The notes beneath the pieces are model-generated. The model saw only the letters and a list, made by a program, of their open reading frames with translations. It had not been told where the DNA came from and made no database searches. A DNA stretch of 63,983 bases, the filler included, from Lenisia limosa (taxonomy: Eukaryota > Protista > Breviatea), in the NCBI GenBank assembly GCA_001655205.1. It is 14 parts of 14 records of this genome, joined end to end, with 100 filler letters (N's around TTAATTAATTAA, not from the genome) between each part and the next. Parts side by side here need not be neighbours in the genome. Positions count along the whole stretch, not along the records: positions 24,469 to 28,782 come from LPNZ01006635.1; positions 28,883 to 34,911 come from LPNZ01008097.1; positions 35,012 to 36,764 come from LPNZ01004677.1; positions 36,865 to 38,983 come from LPNZ01009569.1; 10 more parts are not named here. One strand, written 5' to 3'. Below are positions 25,502 to 38,000 of the stretch, piece after piece; position 1 is the stretch's first letter, and each line of letters starts with the position of its first letter. A program made the translations under genes and the position numbers.

Positions 25502-28500
25502 TTAGAACGCGAAGGTATTGACCGGAACAACCTGTATGATTAGTCTTGAAGATGAACAAAAAATTGTAATATGTGGCTCGGGGTGACTATACTCAAAAAC
25601 GATTAATCAACGAGTAAGCAGAGAATAGAAGACACGACAAATGGGCTCTAACAAACCTTGAAATGAGTCCAAGTAGCTAGGGTTTGCTTGACTTGAAGCT
25701 TCATTTCTCTCCTCTCTCCTGTTGGGTCAAAAGCAAGTAATAAGCAGTCTTATAATTTCAAATCAGAATTCCGAATATGTTCCTTGCTACTAGCACGTAT
25801 TTTGCTAGATTAGTGTGTGTGAATCCAATAACATCAATATGATATGGATATTTGATCCGATCCTCTACGCACCGGGCGCACACGCCACATGCAAGCGGCA
25901 GCAACCGTATGTCACAGGGCCAATCTCGGGATTATGCAAGCCTGGGAGGGGGGGGGGGGGTAAGNNNNNNNNNNNNNNNNNNNNNNNNNNNNNNNNNNNN
26001 NNNNNNNNNNNNNNNNNNNNNNNNNNNNNNNNNNNNNNNNNNNNNNNNNNNNNNNNTGTTCCAATTCTCATTCTATTATTCGAGTGTTAAGTAAATCTCC
26101 ATAACCCTCATACTAACAATACCCGAAACAGTTCTGGGGGCGTCAGCAGAGTTACCAAATGTAACCGTGAATGTTTGGAATCCCTATGAAGTAAGCAATG
26201 TGATTGTAGCGTTATCATATTAGAAACAGTACACCTGACAGCTCCTCCCCACCAACTGGAATTTCTATTCCTTCCATGATGTAGGGTCCAGCTAAACTCT
26301 GATTAGCCATGTAAATACGTCACAATGGAACAGGAGTCGGTGACTTCCCCCCAAAAACAGAATTCTCGATTCTTATCACAAGTTGTGGTCCTTTGAAAAC
26401 TGCCCCCCCCCTACTGTGCTCAACTTCCAAAGACGCACCATGAAGCTCCATTTCTGCCCTAAAAAGGTCACAATCGTGCTCTCCTTTGTCATAAGTATCC
26501 AACAATACCCACTTGGAAGGGTCAGCACCGCCTTGACGAGCAGCAAAAACTGCCTCAGACGTGGTCGGCAATGTATGCGTACTTGAACTGCAGGGTCAAT
26601 CTTTTGCGCAAAATATTGACAGGTTCAGAAAATTTTGCTGATAAGGCCCAAGGTATTGGAGCAAACCAGGCAATTTCGCCGAACGACTGTCTGAGACTTT
26701 CAGCTGCGTGGGGAGAAGTACTGGAATCAAGTTAGACAAGGCTGCTCCAATTGGGGCTCACTTCGGTTCGAAAAAAGACTGAATGGCTCGATAAATCTTC
26801 GAAAACTATCGATATTTTCCCAAGTTTTTTTGAACCGAAGTAAAGCCCTAGCTCCAATACACCATGGGACTCAGCGTACCTGAAGGGCGAAAACGGGATG
26901 ACAGGACCCGGTGCCTGGGTAGTGACTAACGAGGGGCGCGGCGGCGTAGTTGTTTCCAGCGCCGACAATGCCAATGGGGCTACTTCGTTAGAAAAACGTT
27001 GGAATTTGCTGTGATTTCACTAAAGCCACCCCATACCGGTCTGCTGTGTGGCTGCTTCCTCTGTGGTTGGCTCGGGCTCGGGCTTGGGAACAAAACCGCG
27101 TCCGTAGCACTTCAGACAAACGGTGCAGTCAGACGGGATAGACGCAGTGCCCGGGGCTTCGGACGATTTGTCAGGCACGGAAGAAACAGCAGGTTCCTGT
27201 TCGGCCTTAGGCGTCTGGGTTGTGACGTGACTTCTTGGTGTGGGGCTTTGGTAGGCTTGGGAAGATGGCTCGGAGGTAAACTTTTGCGGAGAGAGAGGTC
27301 TGCTGTCGGAAACAGTTTCTGGAGAGTCTTGACGAACTGGTTTGTGATTTGAAATACAGAACCAAGATTTTGGCCCAGAGTAGTCCAGATAGGTCCCCAT
27401 GTAACACCCACAAATTGGGGATGTCGGTCTTTTGCGTGCCGGCGGCGTCGGCGGAAGCGGGCGGGCGGAGTGTGTCGCCGGCACTTTCACGGGGGACTGG
27501 GGGTACTTAGCATCATAGCAGTTGTTTGATCGACCAGCCAAAGTAGGCTTACCTGAGGACGAGGGGAGGGGGAACGAGATCGTTCTGTCGGCTAAATGGT
27601 CAGTTATTACACAGATATGATATTATACTATAATATCGATATGCGCGATATTAGGTTCATTATATGCTCTTTATCTATCTAGTGAATGAATGTGGCAGTT
27701 CCTCACCTGATGATGTGACGACGAAAAGGGGGGGCTGATAAAGCACGGTCTCAGCTGCTCGTGTTCACTCTCAACGGGCTCGAGCTGCCTTGAACACTCA
27801 GGAGTTTCAGCAATCTCCAGCTGCGGGTCAAATGAATGATATCGATAATTGAAAGCATGTAAACAGTCGACACGTTACCCACTTCTTCAGAGGACTTTGT
27901 GGAGTGCACGGTATCGGCAGGGGTGGTGAACGGCGATGCATCAGGAGATGCTGGGGTGACAGGGCTACTTGGAAGGTGAGCCGAGGCCGGGGTAGGGGGG
28001 AGGGGCTTTGGCGATGGAGATCTTTAAAAAGTGAGAAACTGTATGCACTTCAAAACGCGACTGGTACGAAAAGTACGTATCATATATGATGTATCATATG
28101 ATATGATATTGTTAGACCAAATCTCTAGATAAATCCTCGATAAAATCGATATTTAAACGGTCTTTTTCGGACCGTAGGGAAGCCCTAGATATAGTAATAT
28201 TCATACATGTCACCCCCTCCCCCACCTCCGCCCTCTTTCAGTCGAATGTTGAACAGGTGAGCGGCTTCGATATTGCGCAGCGTAGCCTTCGGGTCTGCAG
28301 AGATGAAAGACGGATGGAAATGAGAAATTGTAAAGATAATTCGGTACTTATTTGCAAGATTAGAAGCCCGAAAGAATCTCAAGATGACCATAAAATAGAT
28401 ACAATGACAAACTTGGAATCGTTGAGAGGGGCCGAGTGCACAGAGACTTCTTCCTCTTCAGTCTTTTCTTCAGTTTTCTCTTCCTTCTTCTCTTCCTGTT

Positions 28501-28700
28501 TCACCTCCGTCTTTTCTTCGTCCACTTTGGCCTCATACATGGAAACAACTTTTTCCTCGGTCTTAACAGTATCAACCTTCTTTGCGGGAACCTGGGGGAG
28601 GGGTCTTGACCGCCGAGCAGCTGAAATATGGGCTATGACTGGGGTGGCGAAGATGGCTGGAGAAGACATCCGTCGGCTTCTTTTGTGCATATAGGCTGGG
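25502..28700 (-). CDS. Uncharacterised protein: low-complexity E/K- and S/P/T-rich N-terminal part plus globular C-terminal part (5' end in gap)
   Basis: Exons include EEKTEVKQEEKKEEK…, a long S/P/T-rich exon at ~27030-27510, PIGIVGAGNNYAAAPLVSHYPGTGSCHPVFALQ, LPTTSEAVFAARQGGADPSKWVLLDTYDKG and GERREMKLQVKQTLATWTHFK|VVPVNTFAF*. Confidence 0.6.
26753..26848. mobile_element. Hairpin MITE family M1 (~90 bp), subtype a; representative copy
   Basis: TIR GGGCTTCACTTCGGTTCGAAAAA…TTTTTCGAACCGAAGTGAAGCCC, usually followed by TA. Similar copies at ~4059, 5835, 6245, 7430, 8530, 10431, 11220, 12747, 16120, 17170, 38232, 58080, 58327 and 61195. Confidence 0.85.
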
Positions 28701-28883
28701 GTGGTTCCTGGGGGGTGATGGCGTGTATGTCAGCTACATATAGTACACTATATAGTAATACATACCAGCTAACACAAAAAAANNNNNNNNNNNNNNNNNN
28801 NNNNNNNNNNNNNNNNNNNNNNNNNNTTAATTAATTAANNNNNNNNNNNNNNNNNNNNNNNNNNNNNNNNNNNNNNNNNNNNC

Positions 28884-31800
28884 TGTTGAGCGCGAGCGCC
28901 GACGCGACTGGGACGACCACTACGCCAATGTTGGTGCATTTTGCTTATGGATATCATTTTTATTATTTTACACATAAGTCACCCCCAGGAAGAATATTGG
29001 CGGAAATGTTATAATCCGAAGAGGGGTAGAAATTAACATGAAACACTTCTATCCTTCCTCACACCCTCACTTACCACCTCAGGACCACGGGCTTCGTTCG
29101 AACTTCCGTAAGATGCTTGATGTGGCAGTGAACACCTTCCTGTTCATTCTGACGCTACAACACTCTTACTTACTCATGACTACTCTGTTGTTGTTTAATG
29201 TTTGGGGTGTTTCAAGGTTCTTTGTTGGGTTGGTCTTTGGTTGTTATTACTATTACATCCATGTAGATCCTGATGTTGATAGGAAGGATGTTGATAGGAG
29301 GGATGATCTTGATAGGATGCTTATTTGCTGATTTTTATTCATAGTGATTGTGAAATTGTGAAAAGTGGTGTTGGGAGGGTGGTAAAGATTGCAACAACTA
29401 ACTGCGCGCAGTGTCTGGAGGAAGCTGATGGGTCGCATACACTAGTTGATGACCCTGCAATTGAGTGCTATACTGAGGTGAGAGTCGTGTGTTATCAGCC
29501 AACAGAGGTGATTTAGGCTTTTTGTTTCATAAATTTTCCAATTTTACTCCCCCCCCCCCCAGGATTGGAACACATTTGCTCCAGTCGCCATAGCCGCCGC
29601 CGTGATCTACGGAGTCGGCATCCCAGTGATCACGTTGGGCGTTCTCGTAAAGGGCCGTGGTCAGCTGTCTTCTCCCCAGTTTAGGTGAGCGGAGCGTGCT
29701 AATTTCCTGCTGTTTTATTGGGGGAGGGGGGAGTAAAATACCTTAAACAAAAGAGAGAAACAAAACCTGATAGCACAAAGTATATTTTGAGGGGAAGGGG
29801 GTCGTGTTGTTCTTCGCTACCCCCATGTTTTCCTTGTTTTTCTTGACATTCCAGGGCGAGGTACGGCGCTTTATACCACCGCTATCGTCCAAACGTCTTC
29901 TTCTGGGAACTCATTATTATGGTGGGGGGATATGGTGAGATGTGTACATTATCAATTTCATCTATCAAGAATATCGAGAATATATCAAACCATCTTGTTG
30001 AACCGAACCTGATGCTCTTCCTCACCTACTTAGCTGCGTAAGTGTCTTGTGGTCCTGTCCTTTGCCGGCTGGTCCACAGTGCATGTTCTATACCAGCTGG
30101 CGGCCGGGCTCTTCACTGTCCTCTTCGCACTCGAAGTGGGGAGGGGGGCTAGGAATAGATACATCAAAGAGGTTCTGTTAATACTTGGGGTCGTATGACT
30201 GTTATCAAGTATCATATCGAGATCGAGATTTCAAGTGCTAGCTGAGAATGCCTGCAATTAATACTAGGGTTACGACAACACGAAATATCAACAATAAGAC
30301 ATCTTTACCTGATGCTTGGTACAGAACAAGTTCGTTGTGTTCGTAGATGTGGACATGCTGCCTTTATCGTATATCAGAGAGTCGTAGCATAGAGGGTGAC
30401 ATGCCTTGTAGATAAGTTTTGACAATATTTGTGAGATGAAATCTATAAAGGAGACTCTCCCAAAGGACATGAAATATGACATTAGTTTAGTAATCTGTGA
30501 AACCCTTCCAAGTTAAGAAATGGAAACTAAGTTTCTTATCACTCAATCTAATCGTATGTCAACCCGCACCGTCCTCCTTAGCAGAAATCCGGCTTTGTTT
30601 GTTTTGTTGTTATCAACCTTCGCGTTTTGTNNNNNNNNNNNNNNNNNNNNNNNNNNNNNNNNNNNNNNNNNNNNNNNNNNNNNNNNNNNNNNNNNNNNNN
30701 NNNNNNNNNNNNNNNNNNNNNNNNNNNNNNNNNNNNTTTGGAGTACCTTTCGCTGGTGTCGTGCTTTATCATTCTGCTCAGTGCCACCGCCTTCCTCAAC
30801 GGACTTCCCTCAGAACAAGCCGAATAGTGGGTGCTTTGGGACCAAGCTGATTAGTGGGTGTTTTGGGACCAAGCTGAATAGTGGATGCTTCAGCAGGAAA
30901 ATACAGGAAATTAAAATCTAGGAATTACAAAGGGCATTCAAAAAAATAATTACCTTTGCATCCAATGGCAGATCACTTTTGGGAATCAATTCCGTTTTTG
31001 TTCCTGTAAACTATATCACTCCAGACAATATTTATGTCTTGTGACTCTTATATTCTCGGGACGAACCTCCGCCTCTTCAAATCTCACCCCCAGCCTCCTC
31101 TCCATTTTCGTCCTGGCCGCAATCGTGATCACTGTTCTGGTGTTCATGTTTGCCTTCCTCAGACACATTGCGATGTTCACTAAACTCAAGGTGGGCAATG
31201 GTTTATACAGTGAAGCAGTAAATGATAATCCCAAACCCCTCCAGAAAATTCTGCGTTTGTGTTTGCCATCAGGATTTTGTCTAGCTTTAACGTTAGTTGC
31301 TTTTTTGTTTGTTTTTTTTGTTTTTGTTTTTGTTTTTTGTTTGTTTATTGTGTTTATTTTTTTGTTTTGTTTTTTGTTCGTTTGTTTGGAGTTTCAGATT
31401 ATTCGGTTCGTGATCAGTACCTTTACGCCAATATTCTTCATTTCTTCGTTTCACCCCCCAGCTGCTGACGAGTGAAGCGTGGGCCAGTGGAGCGCCTTTT
31501 GAGGTCCTTGCCGCCGCAGACTTCGGGTCACCCTATTTGACTGCCCAGGTGGGGGTAAATTGAATGTTTAATGACATCGATTTTTATAGTGGGGGCCAGT
31601 TGGAGGACTTTTCGGATTTACCCCCCCAGGAGGCAGCCAGGCTCCGGCAATTAGACATGTCAGCCGGAGGACGGCTTACACGCCTCTTGCATGCGGGTGG
31701 GAACTGTGTTATATAATTAATATTATATGATATATTATGAGCTCATTTATTTTTTCTTCCGTTTTATAATTATATTATTTGTGTTATTCTTTTTTTTGTT

Positions 31801-32890
31801 GTTTTTGTGTGGGTGTGGGCGTGTGTGTTTCTTTTTTTTNNNNNNNNNNNNNNNNNNNNNNNNNNNNNNNNNNNNNNNNNNNNNNNNNNNNNNNNNNNNN
31901 NNNNNNNNNNNNNNNNNNNNNNNNNNNNNNNNNNNNNNNNNNNNNNNNNNNNNNNNNNNNTCAGAAGGAATCCTCATCCATTGCTCTGTCAAAAACGGTG
32001 CGTTGTTTATGGGGGAGGTGCCTCCGCTTTTGACAAGGAGTCATCGGCGGCATAATATCGTTTCATTTGTGATATTCCTAAGCTCTGGACGGGAATAATG
32101 TGTCTGGTGCTCATCACGTGGTAATACAAAATGTGCTTGTGTGTGTCAGAGTCTTATCATAGAGAATTGTCCCGTTTTGCCGTAAAGCCTTTAACTTACG
32201 TAGGGGACCTCTGGTGGGCAAACGACAGTGAAGCGTCACGAGAAATCTCCAATACATTGCCTGGGATTTACAACCGAACTTGTGCCGACTACGCGTAAGG
32301 CGTAATTAGCATCCCCTCCTTTACTATCCATTTTCATGAAATTGAAAGCTGTTAGTGACACACATTCATGAATGTGATATATTTGTGCATGCCTTGCCGG
32401 GGTTTCTTCTTCTAAACTGAAGCCCTCCTTTGTCTGCTTTCTCTTCATATAAATCTATTTACTTATAAATGCAACCCCGTTTCTTAATCATATCACCCCC
32501 CCCCCNNNNNNNNNNNNNNNNNNNNNNNNNNNNNNNCTTCTTCAGGAAGCCGAACAAGGTCCTGGATTGGATGTTTGCCGTACAGAAGAGCTTGTTGAAG
32601 GTGAGTGTCCTAAGTAGTGTTGGTCCTTTTTTTACTCCAGATTTGTGGTTGTATTGTTTTTCAGCATCCATGTGTCCGCTTTTCTCCATGTTTATCTTTT
32701 TGTTTATCTTTTTATTTCTACAGTTTCCTATTTGTGCAATTATTGATTCTCTTATTCCTCATTTTTTCTCTTGTTTTTCTTTGAAACATGAACGGCTTCA
32801 ATTTTTCAAAATACTGAAGGGCAGATATCTTCACCGCTTTCCTTGTACGTATTATACATGGAACTTAGATAACAAAACAAAAACAAGACG
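28884..32890 (+). CDS. Multi-pass (about 7 TM) membrane protein of the protist TRP-like/adhesion-receptor type with a cyclase-homology-like tail
   Basis: Exons LVDDPAIECYTE|DWNTFAPVAIAAAVIYGVGIP…|ARYGALYHRYRPNVFFWELIIM|LRKCLVVLSF…, further hydrophobic exons, then GILIHCSVKN|GDLWWANDSEASREI… and FFRKPNKVLDWMFAVQKSLLK. 3' end approximate. Confidence 0.7.
31385..31461 (+). mobile_element. Intron 3'-end repeat family B
   Basis: …GATTATTCGGTTCGTGATCAGTACCTTTACGCCAATATTCTTCAT…TTCGTTTCACCCCCCAG|. Homologous copies at 1290-1370 (-), 60040-60123 (+) and 2870-2915 (-). Confidence 0.7.
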
Positions 32891-34181
32891 ATAGGCAGGT
32901 AAACCACAGGAGTGGTGAGGAGACCGATGGGAAAGCCGAGGACCACGGCAACGCAGGCGGTCTGCGACAGAGGCGTCGAGTTTACTTGCGTTTCTATGAC
33001 GCGCTCGCAGAGTCTATTAAGATCAAGTGCAGTGAGGGTGGAACGGTTTTGGCTACGGAAGCTCTTTTGGAAGGTGTGGATGTCGTCGTGTATGGTGGAA
33101 CACTTGTCAAACTTGGGGGTCCTGGCGGTGTATCCGAGCATGTATCCGATGACGTTGTCGTATATGTCGGCAAGAAGCTGGACGTCGGAATTGGCCCGCG
33201 TTCGCTTGGCGATAGCATGGACGGTCTGGTTTATCATCCACTGGGCTGCGGTGCGACGAGGGCCGTGGCAGTGATGGCTGACCCGGTCCGTGCCAGCGAA
33301 GCCGTCTTGGTCTTGTGGGGGAATGCTGTCGCCAAACCGGCACACCCGGACACTTCACTTCAAAACGAATTTGACAGCAAGATTCATACAATCAATAAAA
33401 TCTAGGAAACAAATCGATACAAGGATAATGTTTGACCTTTTTAGCCATGCAAAATAATTCATCCCGCCAACTGTCACAGAGGTCGGAGATGAAGGCGAAG
33501 GACTTGTTTTGGTAGCCTGCTGCCAAAACGACAGCGGCCTCCAGGCGGAAGATGGAGTGCATCTTTTTGGTACGAGCGAATGAGCTAATTTATAAGGATT
33601 GTATTTCACGAAAATAAAAGTACCCCCCTCAAACAAGAAAACCCAAAAAGAAGGTCTATCGCGTTTTTAGAGGAGGCGCCGTCATTCCCCTTGTACTCCC
33701 TCTTTCAACGTGCACAAACACATTCTCCAGCGGAGCAAACTGGGCGGTCAACCTGGACGAGGCCTGGGGCACCTTCGTCCATGTCTCTGTTGCCCTTCAA
33801 CAGGTGCAGGGGCAGTTGGAGCAGGACTGTATGTGTATGTGAAGGGTACATAATTATTTTGTTATCAAGCCTTAACAGACATGTGACAGGTGTGTCAAGT
33901 ATTGAACCTTCAGACCTTGATGCTGATGGGGGCATCGAAACAGTCAGCCTTGGCCTGGGCCACACGGAGGAAGAATCCAAGGTGGCTGCTGGGGGCGATG
34001 TCTTGGGCTGCTTCCTCGAGCCTCCTGGCGAGGACTCAGCTTCCTCAAAGAGGGGCACCAGGCTCTGGAGGGCGAGGGTAGCGGCCTCCTCGGGGCTTGC
34101 AGGGGAACTGTTGGTGTGGGTTGGTATTTGGAATAATGGGGGGAGGGGGGGAACATACATCGTTGGAAGCGTCGGGGCCAC
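32806..34181 (-). CDS. Uncharacterised protein with P/S-rich N-terminus and C-terminal hydrophobic segment
   Basis: Long minus-strand exon (QWMINQTVHAIAKRTRANSDVQLLADIYDNV…LGFPIGLLTTPVVYLPIVLFLF) with C-ending codon bias; upstream exon SFARTKKMHSIFRLEAAVVLAAGYQNKSFAF; Met at 34181. Confidence 0.6.
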
Positions 34182-34532
34182 GTTGCGGAGCGTCTAACTA
34201 CTTTAATTAGCTAACATATTTTATTAAATACGGAAGAAATCAATGAAATTAGCCATGAACAAGCTCACAATAATAACAAAGTTGTCGTCTCGCTGAGCCA
34301 ACAGCATGACAGCAACCATGCGGCGTCGTTGACAGATGACAGTTTCTTTTTCTTCTCCTTGGCGACAAGGTTAATTAACCTTTTGGAAGCATTGATAATA
34401 ATAAACAAACAACAATTGTGATAAAATCCTTTTTCAGACTATTTATTGTGTTTGTTTTCTCAACCCCCACTCGGTTCCAGATTTATCTTTTTTTTTCCCT
34501 CACAAATAGTATTCTCTCCTCCATCACCTTCC

Positions 34533-34888
34533 AGGTGAACTGGTCCGCTGCGGTTGACGGCCTACCCGGGTGCGAGGTCGAATATCAGCCGAACGACCCT
34601 TCAGCCCTCCTCTGGCGAGGGCCGAGAATTTCGGTTTGGGGGAGTATGGCCAATTACTTGGGCCCAGCAACATATTGAGAAAGGCCAAATGGGTAAAGAT
34701 ACTGCTAACACTCTAATCAGTTTTTAGGCCTCCCTGTTGTTTCTCATTTCAAAATAGAATAACTGGCAATAAGGTATTCCACTAACCCACCCAGATGGCG
34801 TGTGTATTTGGCTACTTTACTGGCTTGCCTAAGGACACCGCTCTGGTCTCAGCGGGATTGGAGAGAGTCAGCAACGACTGCTTTATGG
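34533..34888 (+). CDS. Unknown protein fragment (2 exons)
   Basis: AG|VNWSAAVDGLPGCEVEYQPNDPSALLWRG and AG|MACVFGYFTGLPKDTALVSAGLERVSNDCFM|GTAAGG. Confidence 0.4.
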
Positions 34889-35010
34889 GGTAAGGGGCGG
34901 GGGGGGGGGGGNNNNNNNNNNNNNNNNNNNNNNNNNNNNNNNNNNNNNNNNNNNNTTAATTAATTAANNNNNNNNNNNNNNNNNNNNNNNNNNNNNNNNN
35001 NNNNNNNNNN

Positions 35011-38000
35011 NATCCACAAAGACGAAATAGTGGAGCGTTGGACAACATAGATCTTAGTGGCGATGACGTGCAGTGCAAAGATCGGCATTGTGATAAGAGA
35101 CGTCACGTCGCATATCACACCCATCAGGAATGAGGCGCCAAATATGCCTGGGGGGGAGTAAAATAAAATTTACGAAATAACAAAGTCCAAAATCAACTCT
35201 GTTGGCTGACAACACACGAGGTTGATAACAAAACAAACAAAACCCAGGCCAGTCACTTCTGCAGCACTGCATCCCATCACTCATGGGTATGAAAAAAATT
35301 TATCCTCTTCCCAATTGTATTTTCGTCAATATTAACATCCAAAGACTTCCTCCAACCATTGGCGGCGATGATGGAGAAGATAGTTGGCAAATAGGGCTCA
35401 AGTCGGAGAATAAAAGAGTACCTGGCGGGGGGTTAATGGAGNNNNNNNNNNNNNNNNNNNNNNNNNNNNNNNNNNNNNNNNNNNNNNNNNNNNNNNNNNN
35501 NNNNNNNNNNNNNNNNNNNNNNNNNNNNNNNNNNNNNNNACCTCCCTCCCCTCAATTAATAAAGATAATAATACCCCTTCCCAACCATGAGTTAGCGAGA
35601 AGAATAATGCCGTTTCCGAGCCAGACGTTGAGCAAGCTATTGAGTTTGAAGCCTGCCGGCCATCCCATCAGCCACTCGGTGTTCACCTGAGAAGTAAAAG
35701 AGGAAAATTTATGAAAAACAAAAAAAAAAGACCAAAATTAACTCTGCGGGAACAACAACAGTAACAACAAAAACTGACAAAAAGCCCACAATGATGAGTT
35801 TGTGGAAAGACACGTAAATGCTGAGAAAGGAGTCGGAAAGGCCCTGTGTGGAGTAGAGGATCAGCATCATCAGCGTCACGCCAAAGATCAGATCTAAGAT
35901 CGCAGCAATCACGGCATTTCGACGACTGTGGTGTCAGTGAGTGGTTTTTTACGGCCCCGTACAATTAATTTTTGAAACAATCAATTGAATTTGAAATTAA
36001 AGTGTCTGAAATTGAGTTTACGCACCTCAAATATTGCAATTAGTATTTTTTCAATTAATTGCACGAAGCCCAAGTTATATTTTTATTCCCCTTGGACTGC
36101 CGGATAGATATTCAGGGCCATATCTGAAATGACCCAGAAACCAGGTACCCTCACACTGGATAAGTTTGAGGAGAGTGGAGTGGCTTGGTAGAACGTACGT
36201 GTTTGCGCACTAAAACAGGTAAAAATGTATACCCCACCCATTGGTCGGGTTAAACAACCTCAGAGTCTCTGGTCATACACTACATAAAAAACAACAGTAA
36301 AAGAGAAATCAGCAAAAAAAAAAAATCAAAAAACAATAATTAGAAGAATATCTGAAGCGTGATTGTCACAGGGTATAATAGAGAAAGTGAAGAACAGAGT
36401 AAACATAGAGGAGATCTCAAGAGTATTGGTAATAGGTATTGAATGAAGAGCTTTGTATCACCAGCACTATAATTAAAACGCGCATTTTTACTTTGTTATC
36501 GGGTTTTTGTCCACTTTTAGAGTTGGTTGCTGGTGTTTGTACAAGTACCTTAAAGCCAATAATCTTCATCGAAATTTCCCTCATTTTACACCAAGCTTAT
36601 TATACTGTTAGTTACTAGATGTGATGATGAAACAAGCCCGAAACCGCATCAGAGCTATTGTTCAATTTGATGAAAGCAATAATATAGGAGAATCAAATAA
36701 CCTTCAGACATAGTACAGAAGAAAAAAGTATTAGTTCACCTCCCCCCCCCCCTCCAATCCATCCNNNNNNNNNNNNNNNNNNNNNNNNNNNNNNNNNNNN
36801 NNNNNNNNTTAATTAATTAANNNNNNNNNNNNNNNNNNNNNNNNNNNNNNNNNNNNNNNNNNNNCTGACAACACATGAGGGTTGATAACAACCTAATTAA
36901 AACCCCCCTCAAAACAAAATTAGTAGAAATATCAACCCAGCCACCATGTATCGCCCCACATAAATAGCAACACAATAACCCCCATCAAAACAACCGCCAC
37001 AAACCCTCATTGGTGATGAGAATGGCCTCGCGTGCACGCTCAATGAAGGATGTGGCGTAAATCGAGCGCAGGTCAAGATATGTCAGGATTTGGTCTGGGG
37101 GGGGGGGGAGGNNNNNNNNNNNNNNNNNNNNNNNNNNNNNNNNNNNNNNNNNNNNNNNNNNNNNNNNNNNNNNNNNNNNNNNNNNNNNNNNNNNNNNNNN
37201 NNNNNNNNNNNNNNNNNNNNNNNNNNNNNNNNNNNNNNNNNNNNNNNNNNNNNNNNNNNNNNNNNNNNNNNNNNNNNNNNNNNNNNNNNNNNNNNNNNNN
37301 NNNNNNNNNNNNNNNNNNNNNNNNNNNNNNNNNNNNNNNNNNTTTGTATGAGAGAAAAAAAAAACAACAAACGCTAAACATTTACGAAACCTGAGCACCA
37401 AAAGTGCCAAACGTTTTCAAAAAGCTTATCAAGGAATAAGTCATTTTAGGTCTCAGTAAACCCGCAAACCCGAGTTGGTTGGAGCAACAGGGCTGAGGAG
37501 GAGGGGTGTGGCTTTGTCGGACTCCTAAAAAGCGTTATACATATCTATGTGAAATTGGAAAATTGTATGAAATAAAAAAAGCCCAAATCAACTCGTAAAT
37601 GATGAAACAAATGTATGTAGTATGTATGTATGTGTGTAGAAAATTCGTTGAATTATTTTGTAAAAAAATGGACAATTGAAATGTGTGTCGTTGGAGGTAA
37701 AATCGGAAAATTGTTAAACAAAAAAAGCCCAAAATTAACTCTGTTGGCTGAAACACAGACACACACACACACAAACAAACACAGTACAGTAATTTAACAC
37801 AAAATACAGTAGATAATCCCCATACACACAAATACAGTATATCATCCACGCCACCCCCCACAGTCGCAGTGGATGGCAGAACGCTCCAGCCTTCGGACTG
37901 GACGGCCATGGTGAAGTTGTCTGATGACGTCACTGCCGGCATCGCCGTCTCGAAGAAGTCTGTTGCCCATCCCAGGCCGGCCTGGTTAGGGGTGGGGTGA

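Noticed and set aside
32912-33405. Plus-strand ORFs of 120-139 aa
   Set aside because: Shadow ORFs: codon bias and protein-likeness favour the minus-strand exon.
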